Below are positions 12,653 through 24,545 of a DNA stretch of 64,000 bases, piece after piece. The notes under the pieces were generated by a model, which ran no database searches, was not told the origin of the DNA, and saw only the letters and a list, made by a program, of their open reading frames with translations. Source of the stretch: Octopus vulgaris (taxonomy: Eukaryota); contig OX597818.1 in NCBI GenBank assembly GCA_951406725.2, forward strand, positions 142,476,001 to 142,540,000, given 5' to 3'. The position numbers were made by a program, and so were the translations under genes. Position 1 is the stretch's first letter. Each line of letters begins with the position of its first letter.

Positions 12653-12950
12653 AATTGTTCAAAATTCACAGTTGTTCCAGATTGGATGTAAAGATAGAGG
12701 AAATCATAACAATTAACTGGGAAACAGATGTATAACGGCATATAATAGCAGCTGATGACAATTACCACAGTAGTAGTAGTAGTAGTAGTAGTAGCAGTCC
12801 GAGAAGCCTGTGGTGGACACGCAATGTTGTGTTCTTGTTAAAGTTAGTTTTAGATTGTTGTGAAAGTGAGTGCCAGGCAGTGATATGTGAGAGGGAAGTC
12901 ACATGATGGCGGTGATGGAATTGACTATGTGCAAAAGAACCGGAATACGT
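12653..12950 (-). other. Candidate first exon/promoter of a minus-strand host gene
   Basis: GTGAGT donor at 12652-12647 (minus); possible ATG at 12741 giving MPLYICFPVNCYDFLYLYIQSGTTVNFEQ; transposon-free context next to (CT)n tracts. Confidence 0.3.
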
Positions 12951-14007
12951 ATATGTGTGTGTATGTGTGTGAGAGAGAGAGAGAGAGAATGATGTGAAAG
13001 CGCAAGTGTGACAGAGAGAGAGAGAGAGAGAACAGAGAGGAAATGATTACATACACAGAGAGAGAGATAGCAGAGATGGATGGATAAGGCAAGATGCTGG
13101 TGATAGGTTGTGAAATGGAGATGCTTATGTGATCAGAGGGAAGTAAGTAAATTTGGAAAAGTTCCTACAGGAGACATGGGGATTCCAAATTTATAAAGTA
13201 CCCAAATGAAATTTTGCCAATAAGGACTCTGGGGTTGGGTGTATATATATATATATATATATAAGTCCCGGGGTCGAGTTGCTCGATTAAAGGCGGTGCT
13301 CCAGCATGGCTGCAGTCAAATGACTGAAACAAGTAAAAGAGTAAAAGAGGAATATACACACACACACACACACACACATACACTTACACAAACATACACA
13401 CACACACACACACACACAGAGCTTCGGTCGAACCGTCGAACCCATGCCAGCATGGAAAATGGCTGTTAAATGATGATGATAATGGTGATGATAATGATGA
13501 TGATATTTATATTTTATGATTATAATAGTAGGAATCATGTATGACTTTTATTTAACCACAGGTCAGCTTAGATTATACAAACTTATGATCAGATGACATT
13601 CCAACCATGACCATCCCATCAGGCTTTTTTTCTTCATACATTGTGTAATCTAGAACTATATTACACAATATTGTTCAATGCGACCTCTCCTTTCTTGTAA
13701 GATTGTAAGGGTTCTGATATGAGGGAAATATTTAGCTGCTATTTCTAGCAGGTCGAGTCACTGTTTTACTCTTATTGTATCCCAATTTCCTTGGACTGAC
13801 TTTTATTCACATCTTCAATTTTTACTATAAATGTATATATATATATGTACGTAAATGCATGCACAAGTGTGTGTGTGTATCTGTAAGTGACATTCTTATG
13901 TTAGTGTGTGATAATCACATATGCTTGTGTGTATGTGTGACTGTGGCTCCCCCACAATCCAATCATCACTATACATCTGTGACATTCTCTGTTTTTCTAT
14001 CTATCAG

Positions 14008-14084
<77 letters not shown>

Positions 14085-14379
14085 CATGTGGTAGAATGAC
14101 TTTGACTTTTTACTGAGTTTTGTGTAAATACTATAATACTATAAATACTAATTTTGCTTACATCTACAAAAATGTTGAAAATATAAGGAAATGGAGAGAG
14201 AAAAAGAGGAGGAAGGAGGGAGGGAGAAGGAGTGGATTTTAAGCAAGTGAGTGTATGAGATAAGAAAGTAGTGAAAAAGGAAGAGAATAAGTGAAATAAG
14301 AGAAACGGTGAAACGGAAGAGAGTAAGAACAGAGTGAGAAGGAAGGAGGGACGATGTGAGAATTCTACAGGACGTCAAG

Positions 14380-14852
14380 AGAGAAAAGAAAGAAAGAAAG
14401 AAAGAAAGAAGGAAAGAAAATAGAAAGAAGGAAAGAAAATAGAAAGAAGGAAAGAAAGAAGGAAAGAAAATAGAAAGAAAGAAAGAAAGAAGGAAAGAAA
14501 GAAGGAAAGAAAATAGAAAGAAAGAAAGAAGGAAAGAAAGAAGGAAAGAAAATAGAAAGAAAGAAAGAAAGAAGGAAAGAAAGAAGGAAAGAAAATAGAA
14601 AGAAAGAAAGAAGGAAAGAAAGAAGGAAAGAAAATAGAAAGAAAGAACAATAGAAAATAAAGAAAAATAGAAAAGAAAGACAGAAGAAAAGAAAGAAAAA
14701 TAGAAAAGAAAGAAAAACAGAAATGAAAAATAGAAAAGAAAGACAGAAAAAAAGAAAGAAAAATAGAAAAGAAAGACAGAAAAAAAGAAAGAAAAATAGA
14801 AAAGAAAGACAGAAAAAAAGAAAGAAAAATAGAAAAGAAAAAAGAAAAGAAG
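14380..14852. repeat. Complex polypurine GAAA-derived satellite
   Basis: Higher-order units of about 30-45 bp punctuated by aaaatagaaa; explains the F/S/L-rich ORFs. Confidence 0.95.
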
Positions 14853-15249
14853 TGTAACAGTTAATATTTGGCATTTTCAAGTTTAGCATTTTCTTTTTCC
14901 ACCATTCCAGACACCAACAGGATCCTGCCTTACTTATGTAAAAGATCCTGTAAAAGATCACCAACACATCTTGCTTTGCTGACACAAAAGCCAGCAACAC
15001 CAATCGCCAGAGCAAAACCCTGCCAAACACAAAGGGATCACAATAAAAACCTCTAATATTATACTTCCACTACAACACCAAGCAAACGCCCTTACCAGAC
15101 GATTCTCTAAAATTAGCCACCAACGAAAACTACACAAATAAGAGAGCACAAAATGATAAGCAGTCATCTTCCATCAAGACCATTGTTTCTCACCTGGGGT
15201 CCATATTAACCCTTGGGGGTTCACATAAAATTTTGTTGTTAATGTCTCG

Positions 15250-15561
15250 AGGTGCAGGCATGGCTGTGTGGTAAGAAGCATTCTTCCTAGTCACAGGGTT
15301 CTGAGTTCATTCCTACTACATAGTACCCTAGGCAAGTGTCTTCTACGATAACATTAGGCCAACCAAAGCCTTGTAAGTGGATTTGGTAGATGGAAACTGA
15401 GAGAAACCTGTTGTGTGTGTGCGTGTGTGTGAGTGAGTGTCACCACCACCACCACTTGACAACTAATGTTGGTGTGTTTACATCTCTGTAACTTAGCAGT
15501 TTGGCAAAAAGAGACCAAAAGAATAAGTACCATGCTTAAAAAAGTAAACACTGGGATTGAT
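15250..15561 (+). mobile_element. SINE family A, 3' interrupted
   Basis: Head and body match family A. Confidence 0.85.
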
Positions 15562-16050
15562 TCATCATCATCATCATCATCATCATCGTTTAGCGTCCGC
15601 TTTCCATGCTAGCATGGGTTGGACGGTTCGACCGGGGATCTGGGAAGCCAGAAGGCTGCACCAGGCTCCAGTCTTATCTGGCAACGTTTCTACAGCTGGA
15701 TGCCCTTCCTAACGCCAATCACTCCATGAGTGTAGTGGGGGCTTTTTACGTGCCACCCGCACAGGTGCCAGACGGAGCTGGCAAACAGCCATGAACGGAT
15801 GGTGCTTTTACGTGTCACAGGCACGGGGGCAAGGCGAGGCTGGCAAGGGACATGAACGGATGGTGCTTTTACGTGCCACCGGCACGGGGGCCAGGTGGGG
15901 CTGGTAATGGACACGAGCGGATGGTGCTTTTACGTGCCACCGGCACGGGGGCCAGGTGGGGCTGGTAATGGACACGAGCGGATGGTGCTTTTACGTGCCA
16001 CCGGTATGGGGGACAGGCGAGGCTGGCAACGAACACGAACGGATGGTGCT
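15562..16050 (-). mobile_element. Family D RTE 3'-UTR element with about 5 x 61-bp tandem units
   Basis: (CAT)n end; ggatgcccttcctaacgcc; ttttacgtg recurs near 15745, 15806, 15867, 15927 and 15988. Confidence 0.88.
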
Positions 16051-16159
16051 TCCGTTCGTGCTTTCGTTCGGACTTATGGGCAACAAATTGTTTATACTTC
16101 TACAATACACAAAAATGTTAACAATTTTTTACACCATCCCTAATAATATCTGATTATTA

Positions 16160-17080
16160 CATGGAAAAATGCAAGGAAGAGAAATAATATTTTTAAGATT
16201 ATAAATCTGGAAAAGTACAGGACAAGTTATTTTATCTGGTAAAGTACAGAACAAGAAAATTTTTACTTAAAATATTGCAGCTAAGGATAAAATTTCAAAT
16301 AAAATATTTAGATTTAGAAAATATTAGCTTTTATTAAAACTAAAAATTTTATTACAAGTTATTACCTCTATATGTTATTACTTGTTATTTCTATTAAAAA
16401 TTAAAAATAACTATTAAAATATTTTTTGCACTTTAAAAACTTCATTTTTTTTTATTATTAACTAATAATTAGAAATTTGAAAACAGGTTAAAAGAAATAA
16501 TAGTAGTACATAATTAGTCAGTACAATAAATAGAATAATACAAAAATTAGTTATATATTACAATTAAATCTACCTATAAGAACCAATTCATGATAAAATC
16601 TGCTTGAGTTATTGCCTAAGTTTTTGCCAAGTCTTTACATTTTTAGTCTTGACACAATACCTATTTTTTGCATTATGAATTTGCCATATATACTATTCTA
16701 CTTTTGCTTAAACTTTAGAACAAGTACTAGGCTTACAAAGAATAAGTTCTGGGGCCGAATTGCTCGACTAAAGGTGGTGCTCCAGTATGGCCACAGTCAA
16801 ATGACTGAAGCAAGTAAAAGAGTAAAAGAGTATATTGGTACTTTTGGTTCTCATTTTTTAAGTATTCTAGTGTGTCAATATTTTAACAAAATGATGGTAC
16901 CTTTTCTAATTATTGTGTTATTTTGCAAATTAAAATCAAATAATTTTTAATATTCAAATTTTATCCTTAGCTGCAATATTTTAAGTAAAAATTTTCCTGT
17001 TCTGTACTTTACCAGATAAAATAACTTGTCCTGTACTTTTCCAGATTTATAATCTTAAGAATATAATTTCTCTTCCCATG
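16160..17080. mobile_element. Non-autonomous long-TIR DNA transposon, possibly CMC/EnSpm-like
   Basis: About 125-135 bp inverted arms (16160-16295, 16956-17080), CATGG termini flanked by TA, duplicated atctgg(a/t)aaagtacag(g/a)acaag subrepeat; SINE A tail nested at 16722-16832. Confidence 0.8.
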
Positions 17081-17644
17081 TAATCCATGTTTTTTCCAGG
17101 CTAGTCTATTGTGGTAATTAATAATGCATCAAATGTGTCAATCAGTGGTATCGTTGACACATTCCTTACCTCAATGATACTGGTGACATTAAAATTCCCC
17201 TATAATTATATTTATAAAAAAGTATAGAATTATATTATCACCCTCAACTTTGAGAAATAAACACTCATAACTTTTTTCTTTCAAAACCTTATTGCATGAA
17301 ATTGATACCATGAAATTCCTCAAATTGAACTCTATCATTAAAGCTTAATTAAAATATAGTTTACTTTTAAAATAAGAAAGTTAATTATACTTAAATCCAA
17401 TTTTTTGCCTTAAATTTTTTTTCATGATATTTTACCTCACAACTTTTTTGATACAAATTTTTTGTTGCATGAGAACAAAACTATGAAATTCTTCATGCTT
17501 TCTTCTATCATTGAAGCTAAGATAAATATATTTTGCTTTTAAAATAAAAATGTTATTTAGATCTAAACGTGATTGGTGGCGCTAGTTACTCTCCTATAAC
17601 GTCGCTACAAATTTTGATGTAAACTTTTTTCTACTGGACCAAAT

Positions 17645-17902
17645 CTCAATTTTGAGATTAGTGTTGTGGAGGGAATAGGTGGACGCTGGGTTTCTCCTCC
17701 CAAAATGCATGGTGGTACATTTGTCCACAGCCAGCTTGAGTTGCCAGTCCATGATCCACTGCTGCATTGTGTCCAGCTCTGCTTGCAATAGAGATCAATA
17801 GTGTACAGGATCTGACCTCTTTATTTCGAGGTACAGCTTGATGTCATCTGCATATTTCAGCACTGTGGCATTCTTTAAGTTGGCATTTATGTCATTAATA
17901 TT
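17645..17902 (-). pseudogene. CR1-like LINE reverse transcriptase fragment
   Basis: INDINANLKNATVLKYADDIKLY...WIMDWQLKLAVDKC. Confidence 0.85.
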
Positions 17903-18309
17903 TTTTTAATGCCAAAATGTAGCTATGGACCAATCCTCTTCAAAAATATGAGCAGTTTTCTATTTGATTAAGAACTAATTTAGCGACAAGCTTTGAAAAA
18001 TGCTGCATGTGAGTTAATTGCGGCCTTAAGAATATTATCCAACCACTACTGTAGTTGAATAATAAAAATGTAATATTTTTTAAACATTGAATGGCTATGA
18101 AGATGTACCTGAGTAAAATAGGGATGAAATGGATCCCTAAGTGAAAAATGGTTGAGAATCACTGATCTAGACCATCACTGACTGGCCTCATTCTCTCATC
18201 AAACACCCAACCAATAATAGGGAAATTTAAAATCTCAAACACTTCAAGGCCTGATAAATCCTAAGACATAAACCTAAGGCAGTAAATTGACAGTCTTAAA
18301 AGTTAGAAT

Positions 18310-18805
18310 CATTATCATCAAGATTTAATATCCATTTTTCAAGTTGGTATAGGTTGGATGGCTTGACAGGAACTGCCAACGCCAGGGGCCAATAGTCTGT
18401 TTTTGGTTTGGTTTCTTCAGCTGGATGCCCTTTCTAACAGCAACCCCCTTACAGAGTGTACATGGTGGTTTTTACATGGCATCATCACCAGTGCTTTTTA
18501 TGTGGCACCAGCACCCACACTAATGCTTTTTACATGGCTCCTTGGTTTTAGATCTCAATTCTGTTGTAGCAGGTGGGTCTTCTTGAGTACAGCAATGTGC
18601 CACATATCTCAGTCCTCTGTCATCTCCTTCGTAAGGCTCAGCATTTTGAGATTGGCCTTCAAAGCTTTGTCCTATGTCTTCCTGGGTCTCCCTCTTCTGC
18701 AACTTCCCTCCACTTTAAGGGATCAACACTTCTTTATGCAACTGTCCTCATCCATCTGCATGACACAAATAAAGCAGTGCAGTCTCCCCTGTTGTGCATT
18801 GCATA
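18310..18805 (-). mobile_element. RTE LINE 3' end plus family D tail
   Basis: Minus strand encodes a C-terminus like RGRPRKT...LKMLSLTKEMT, followed by the family D tail. Confidence 0.75.
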
Positions 18806-19156
18806 TAATTCCTCTTCTCTTTCAATACACCAATGCTCTGTTGCACATGCATACAATTTTCCTAACTTTGTGTTCTGAGTTCAAATTCCATCAAACCAAC
18901 TTTGCCTTTTACCATTTCAGGGGTCAATAAAATCATATCAGTTTTGGGAGAGGATTGATATATTTTTACATCAACCCCTAAAAATATAAAAGATACTGTA
19001 AGACATTTTGCCAGACTCATTAGCAGTGGAATTGTTAGAGGGGCAAGCAAGATGTCTTGTAGTATCTTTCCTGGCCCCCTGTGTTCTGATAGCACTGCTT
19101 ATGATGACACTGATGTCAAGCTGATTTGGTCCAAATCAGTGTCCATTCCCTTAGAT

Positions 19157-19357
19157 CAGTGCTTTTCAAACTTTTTGCTGGAGCAGAACCCCAAGGAAAC
19201 ATTCCACTGGCTCGAGGAACCCCTGTGCAATAATTTAATTGTCTTATGCACATATATCTGCACAGGAGAATTAAAAATTACTGCCGATTTTAGCAGTTTT
19301 GTAACTTCTTGCAGAACCCCTGGACTGTACTGGCGGAACCCTGGTTGAAAACCACTG
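19157..19357. mobile_element. hAT-Charlie MITE, 201 bp
   Basis: TIRs cagtgcttttcaa / ttgaaaaccactg; perfect 8-bp TSD ccttagat. Confidence 0.93.
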
Positions 19358-20576
19358 CCTTAGATAAACATCAGTGATGCAGAGAGCAGCAGCTTGCATA
19401 CATAGACAAATGCTAGTTTTCCTAAAAAAAGAATAAAAACTTGCCTACGCATGGTCAAACTAAACTGATAGGGGCTTTATTGCACATTAAACATTTTGAG
19501 TCAGAAGGAATCACTGCACTCATCAACTACCCTTACCAACATTGCCACATCCCTACAATCTGTGAATAGGCAAAACTTATAAATTGTAAAATCAAATAAA
19601 AACCCAAGTGAACAAACATCTTGAAGATCAGTCACCTTCCTATAAAAGATCAGTCACTAAATTACATATCACTCTCTCCAAATCCCAGCAATAATTCATA
19701 CCACTACACTGAACCACCATTCCATCCACAAATCTATTCTAAAAGACATGTGGTTGCCTCAACAACAAAAACTGCTCAACATGCATTGTTCTATTACTAA
19801 TAATAACAGTTAAGCTTTTGACCCCATTCCTTGCTATCCATTTATACTCAATACCTTCTTAAGAGGGATGGTAAAATGCTTGCCAATAATGCTGAGACAG
19901 GTTTTCTACTGCCAGACACAGTAAGGTAATATTCTCCATGGCCAGATATGTTTTATACACACAAACACACACATAAATATGTATATATACATAGGTAACA
20001 GGCTTCTTTCAATTTCCACTCACAGGGCTTTGTTTGGCTAAGGGTTATAGTAGAAGACACTTGTTCATGGGGCCACACAGTGAGATTGAACCTGAGACTG
20101 TGTGTTAGTTGGCAAGCAAACATCTTTCCACATAGCCATGCCTGTACCCCCAGTTATTATTCCCTAGACACAGCTGCACAAATACTCCAACTGTCTAACA
20201 ATAACCTGGAAAAAAAAAAGCTCTAAAACAACAAACTTCAAGTAACTCCTATGAAGTTCACCATCTCCTGCTTCAGCATCAATGCCAGAGAATATCAAAT
20301 ACGACCATGTGACATATCATAACATAAACACACCACAGACAAGACAAAAATACTCAGAATTTACATACTACTACTCCACAATATTCACAGTATACAAAGA
20401 AGACAGCAAAGAAAGTAACATTAAGCACATTCTTCACGCAATCACAGGTACAAATGATATATTGGACTATGTTAGTCCTACCTAGACACCCAATTTTCTC
20501 ACAACAAATACTTCAAACTAGAAAGTATGTAAAAGAGTGCATGATACATATGTTGCAGACATACAATACTCACATA

Positions 20577-21675
20577 TCTATATATATATATAAAACTCAA
20601 CTTGTGTATCTGTGTGTGTATCTGTGTGTGTATCTGTGTGTGTGTTTGTGTGTTTAACTTCCCGGCACATCTCCTCCTAGCCAATAAATCGTAGAATCAC
20701 CAAAAATGGGTCACTTAAAGTTTAGGCGAATGAAAATTCATCTCGCAAGTGCAAAAATCGATAATGTGTTCGTTTAGGTCTTATCCCATGCATTGAATAG
20801 TGAACTTTACTCAGTCAGCTGTTTGACGTGAACTGTGTTCACCACGTGTGCAAGCATGCATAAATTGCAGGAAAAATAAAAAATCAAGATATAAAAACGA
20901 ATCGGCATAAATATTGTAGAAATTCGGCAAAGAAATTAATTTTCGGGATGTAGCCTGGAAGGTTTTTTCTTATTAATCGTTTGGACTTTGTGAACACATA
21001 CCAATTGTTTTCATAACATTTTTAATGCTTTGAATTAAATGTGACCATTTTGCATTGAGTCTACAGTTTGAATCACTTTAACCAAATTTTAGCAGGCCGA
21101 ATTTTTGATCATCACAATACATCGCCAGCGACTCCCTGAAACTCTCCCCTGAAATCCTCGTTGAGAAATCTATATATATAAAACTCAACTTGTGTGTCTG
21201 TGTGTGTATCTGTTTGTGTGTCTGTGTGCTTAACTTTTGGATCTACTAAGTTTCATTATTAAGGATGGAAAGTAGTGTGTAGCAAATCTATATATATAAA
21301 GCTGAAGTTGTCTGTGTGTGGCAGGTTTGGTAGCCTTCAACTAACACTATCTCCTTCGAGACCCTGCAGCGCAAGTAGACCAAAATTGAGAGTATGATAG
21401 AAGAAGGCTTGCTCTTCATTCTGTAGAAGATAAAATTCAAATCGGACCATGTTAACACCAAAAATTATTTACATCAAAAAGGTGCTTTTTTTCTATGAAA
21501 ATCCCTATTTTTTACGATTTTTGACTGCTGTGTCACCATTTTTCGGTGTATTTCAACTGGAAAAATGTTCACTTGAAGAGAATAACAAGTTGCATAATGC
21601 AAAATTTTTACTTTTCAAAAATTCCAATTCTAAAGGGTCGAAACAAACCCAAGCAACACCGGGTGATACTGCTAG
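20577..21675 (+). mobile_element. Composite non-autonomous Helitron
   Basis: A|TCTA starts at 20577, 21169, 21242 and 21287; 3' hairpin remnant cccaagcaacaccggg (21648-21663) then CTAG|T. Confidence 0.85.
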
Positions 21676-21959
21676 TCACCAATATAATGAAATAGAGATA
21701 ATAAAATGAAAGATCCCCTGGACATGTGTGGAATACAGTTTGTTGCTACAGTAAGTGTCAACTCTTACAGTCCCTATCACTTATTGAAAATCCTCTTCAA
21801 ACAGCTAGATATACAGAAAACATCCCCAAAACACTATACAGCAATATCCTGAAAGCACAATCTCTTTCAACAGGAAAAAAACCCACATTATACACAGAGT
21901 AGAAGTTGCAACATCAATAGCCTCATTGAGCCCAAACACTGTTACTGGGATGCCCAGCA

Positions 21960-22364
21960 CTCTCTTTTACTCTTTTACTTGTTTCAGTCATTTGACTGCG
22001 ACCATGCTGGAGCACCGCCTTTAGTCTAGCAAATCGACTCCGGGACTTATTCTTTGTAAGCCCAGTACTTATTCTATCGGTCTCTTTTGCCGAACCGCTA
22101 AGTGACGGGCACGTAAACGCACCAGCATCGGTTGTCAAGCAATGCTAGGGGGACAAACACAGACACACAAACACATACACATACATATATACATATATAC
22201 GACAGGCTTCTTTCAGTTTCCGTCTACCAAATCCACTCACAAGGCATTGGTCAGCCCGGGGCTATAGCAGAAGACACTTGCCCAAGATGCCACACAGTGG
22301 GACTGAACCCGGAACCATGTGGTTGGTTAGCAAGCTACTTACCACACAGCCACTCCTGCGCCTG
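21960..22364 (-). mobile_element. SINE family A, young full-length copy
   Basis: Near identical to the reverse complement of 8490-8912. Confidence 0.95.
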
Positions 22365-23089
22365 TAGAAGGAATATTCAGTAATCACCCAATGTGATTCC
22401 CCAAACTGCTGCACATGTGGTCAACAAAATCTGACCACTCATGACTTCACATGGAATAGGCTCCAGCAATGAGTTCATCTTTTGGCATGCTCCCTTCTGA
22501 ATCTATCAATCAATTATAAATTCGACACACCATGGTTATTAGATAGAGAGCTTTGGAATGCAGCAGAGGGAGTTGACAGACACTGTAGGTGTTGGCCAAC
22601 AGAAACGGTGGACAACAGCTGACAACAGAAAGGCAATGTGCAGAACATGTAATATTTTTGTCTTTTTCACATACAAAAATATGTGATATGCTCATTATAT
22701 CAGTATCATATGTGTGAAACACACAAAAGCAAGAAAAGTGACTATTGTTAATGAAGTTTTAGTGTTGATAAATAACTGGAAAGGTTTCTTTTTCTGATTT
22801 GTGGCCACTTTTTCAGAATATGGTGAAGACATTTTTGGGAAATGAACTATTTTAACTGGCTTGGTATATGGAAATGACAGAAGTGTACACAAAAAATTTA
22901 TAATTCTAGCTTTTTTGTTCCAGCCTGTGAATGGTTGAAATACTTCTCTGAGAGGCATTGATTACTCCTTCTGAAGGGATTCACATTCTGTAATGGATCA
23001 ATCAATTTTATTATCTTTTAATATTATCACTCTTTAAGGCAATGAGCTGGTAGAATCATTAGCATACCAGGCAAAATGATTAGCATCAT

Positions 23090-23707
23090 TACATAGAGAA
23101 GAATTTTGCTTATTAATATCTGAGAGTTTTCTACTGTTTAAACTGGCAAAATAAACTTCAGAAATCTCGGAGCAACTGTAGCTATCTTGATAATAGTAAA
23201 ACTCCAGGGATGTTTGTGTGTAATTGAAATATGTCAGAAATAATATATTTTGTATTAATTATTTTTACATATTTATTTTCATACTTACCTTTGGCAGTGC
23301 AGTACAATTTATTTTTACATTTGAACCTTTATTTAAATGAGTAAACATAATTTTTTTTATTTCTTGATGAAAAAAATACAAGGTTTCCATGACGTCAACA
23401 CATATGCACACATACAAAACACACACAAATATAATGAATGTCATGGCATATCAATTAACACAAACACATGTTCACTATCTGTGACATACACACACACACA
23501 CACACACACTGACTTCAAGCTCTCTAAGAAAAAAATACCATTGACTTTTTGATGTATTTGTTTTCATTTAGAAATATTTTTAACTGAATGTGATTTCATT
23601 ATCCAGAGTTCGTTAATTTCTGTAAATTTTTTTTATTTATTTACTTTTGTTTTAAAGTGAATGAGAGGAGAAAGTGAAAGATGTATGTACGTGTGTATGA
23701 TATGGAC

Positions 23708-23743
<36 letters not shown>

Positions 23744-23840
23744 AAAAGAGAGATAGAGTGAGTGAAGGGGTGTGTTGTCATGTATACGTACATACATCAA
23801 TATATATGCATACATCTTTTTTTGTATGTACGTGTGCATT

Positions 23841-23875
<35 letters not shown>

Positions 23876-24209
23876 ACGGGTGTTCTCATGTGGCACACAC
23901 ACACACACACACACTCCCTCTCTCATATATACACATACACGTCCACTTCATATACATATTCATACATCTTTCACTTTCTCCTCTTTCACATTAAAACGAA
24001 AGTAACAGGGTATTCTCAAGATAAAAATTGTCAAGAAAAATGCTTCTACTCATGTAAATTGATTACTATTGTTTGGATAGTTCCAATTAAATAAGTCCAG
24101 AAATTAGATGAAATATATATAAATGCATAAGTACTGTGAATTCCCATTCTACAAACTGACAAACAGTTCCGTGAATACTTTACCAGGCAAGGCTGGGTAG
24201 TAAGTCTAG
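23090..24209 (+). mobile_element. Microsatellite-rich non-autonomous Helitron, 5' end uncertain
   Basis: 3' ccaggcaaggctggg hairpin then CTAG|T at 24206-24210; internal part similar to 62280-62600. Confidence 0.6.
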
Positions 24210-24210
24210 T

Positions 24211-24545
24211 ATCTATTAAAAATCAGGTATCTATGGTCTAAGGGAAATGTTTATTCAACAAGACGTAACAAAATCTTAATAACATTGAAATATATATTTA
24301 AACTATAGAGGATTAAACTACATATTTTGCTCTCTATTTTTTTCTATATTAATTCTGTTCTATATGTCATACAATCTATCTTTCAAATTACTGTCATTTA
24401 ATGCATCATTCAAATTATGAGTAATGTAATTAAAGGATTCCTCATCAGAAGAGAAACTAGGTATGTTTGCCTACTAATATTATTTACTAAGTTTCTCAGA
24501 ATTATTGGCGGATGGTTGGAATGAATGTATATCATCAGAGGATGG
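24211..24545 (-). pseudogene. Penelope-like element ORF fragment
   Basis: YIHSNHPPIILRNL plus broken FNP and KHFP...IFNR motifs typical of the region after the Penelope RT. Confidence 0.8.

Larger units (their letters stand above)
15181..18164. mobile_element. hAT-Charlie MITE expanded by nested insertions
   Basis: Ends cattgtttctcacc and ggttgagaatcactg; 8-bp TSD atcaagac/atctagac; both ends similar to the element at 33145-36022. Confidence 0.75.
20150..22470 (+). pseudogene. Highly decayed Ingi/Vingi/I-like LINE, split by a Helitron and a SINE
   Basis: ILHAITGT and LDYVSPT*TP motifs near 20430-20500; SPNCCTCGQQNLTTH zinc-knuckle-like remnant near 22400. Confidence 0.45.

Noticed and set aside
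14365-15030. 221-aa hydrophobic ORF with a signal-peptide-like start
   Set aside because: Most of it is the translation of the GAAA satellite.
15740-16050. CRISPR-like array
   Set aside because: Whole units repeat with no unique spacers; eukaryotic LINE 3'-UTR context; no cas genes.
16080-16720. Possible mitochondrial insertion (very AT-rich)
   Set aside because: No recognisable mitochondrial gene motif; better explained as the core of the long-TIR element.
22695-22958. 87-aa minus-strand ORF in non-SINE sequence
   Set aside because: No recognisable domain or splice signals.
23280-23320. Minus-strand AG|GTAAGT donor
   Set aside because: Lies within a probable Helitron-type repeat and has no credible exon.
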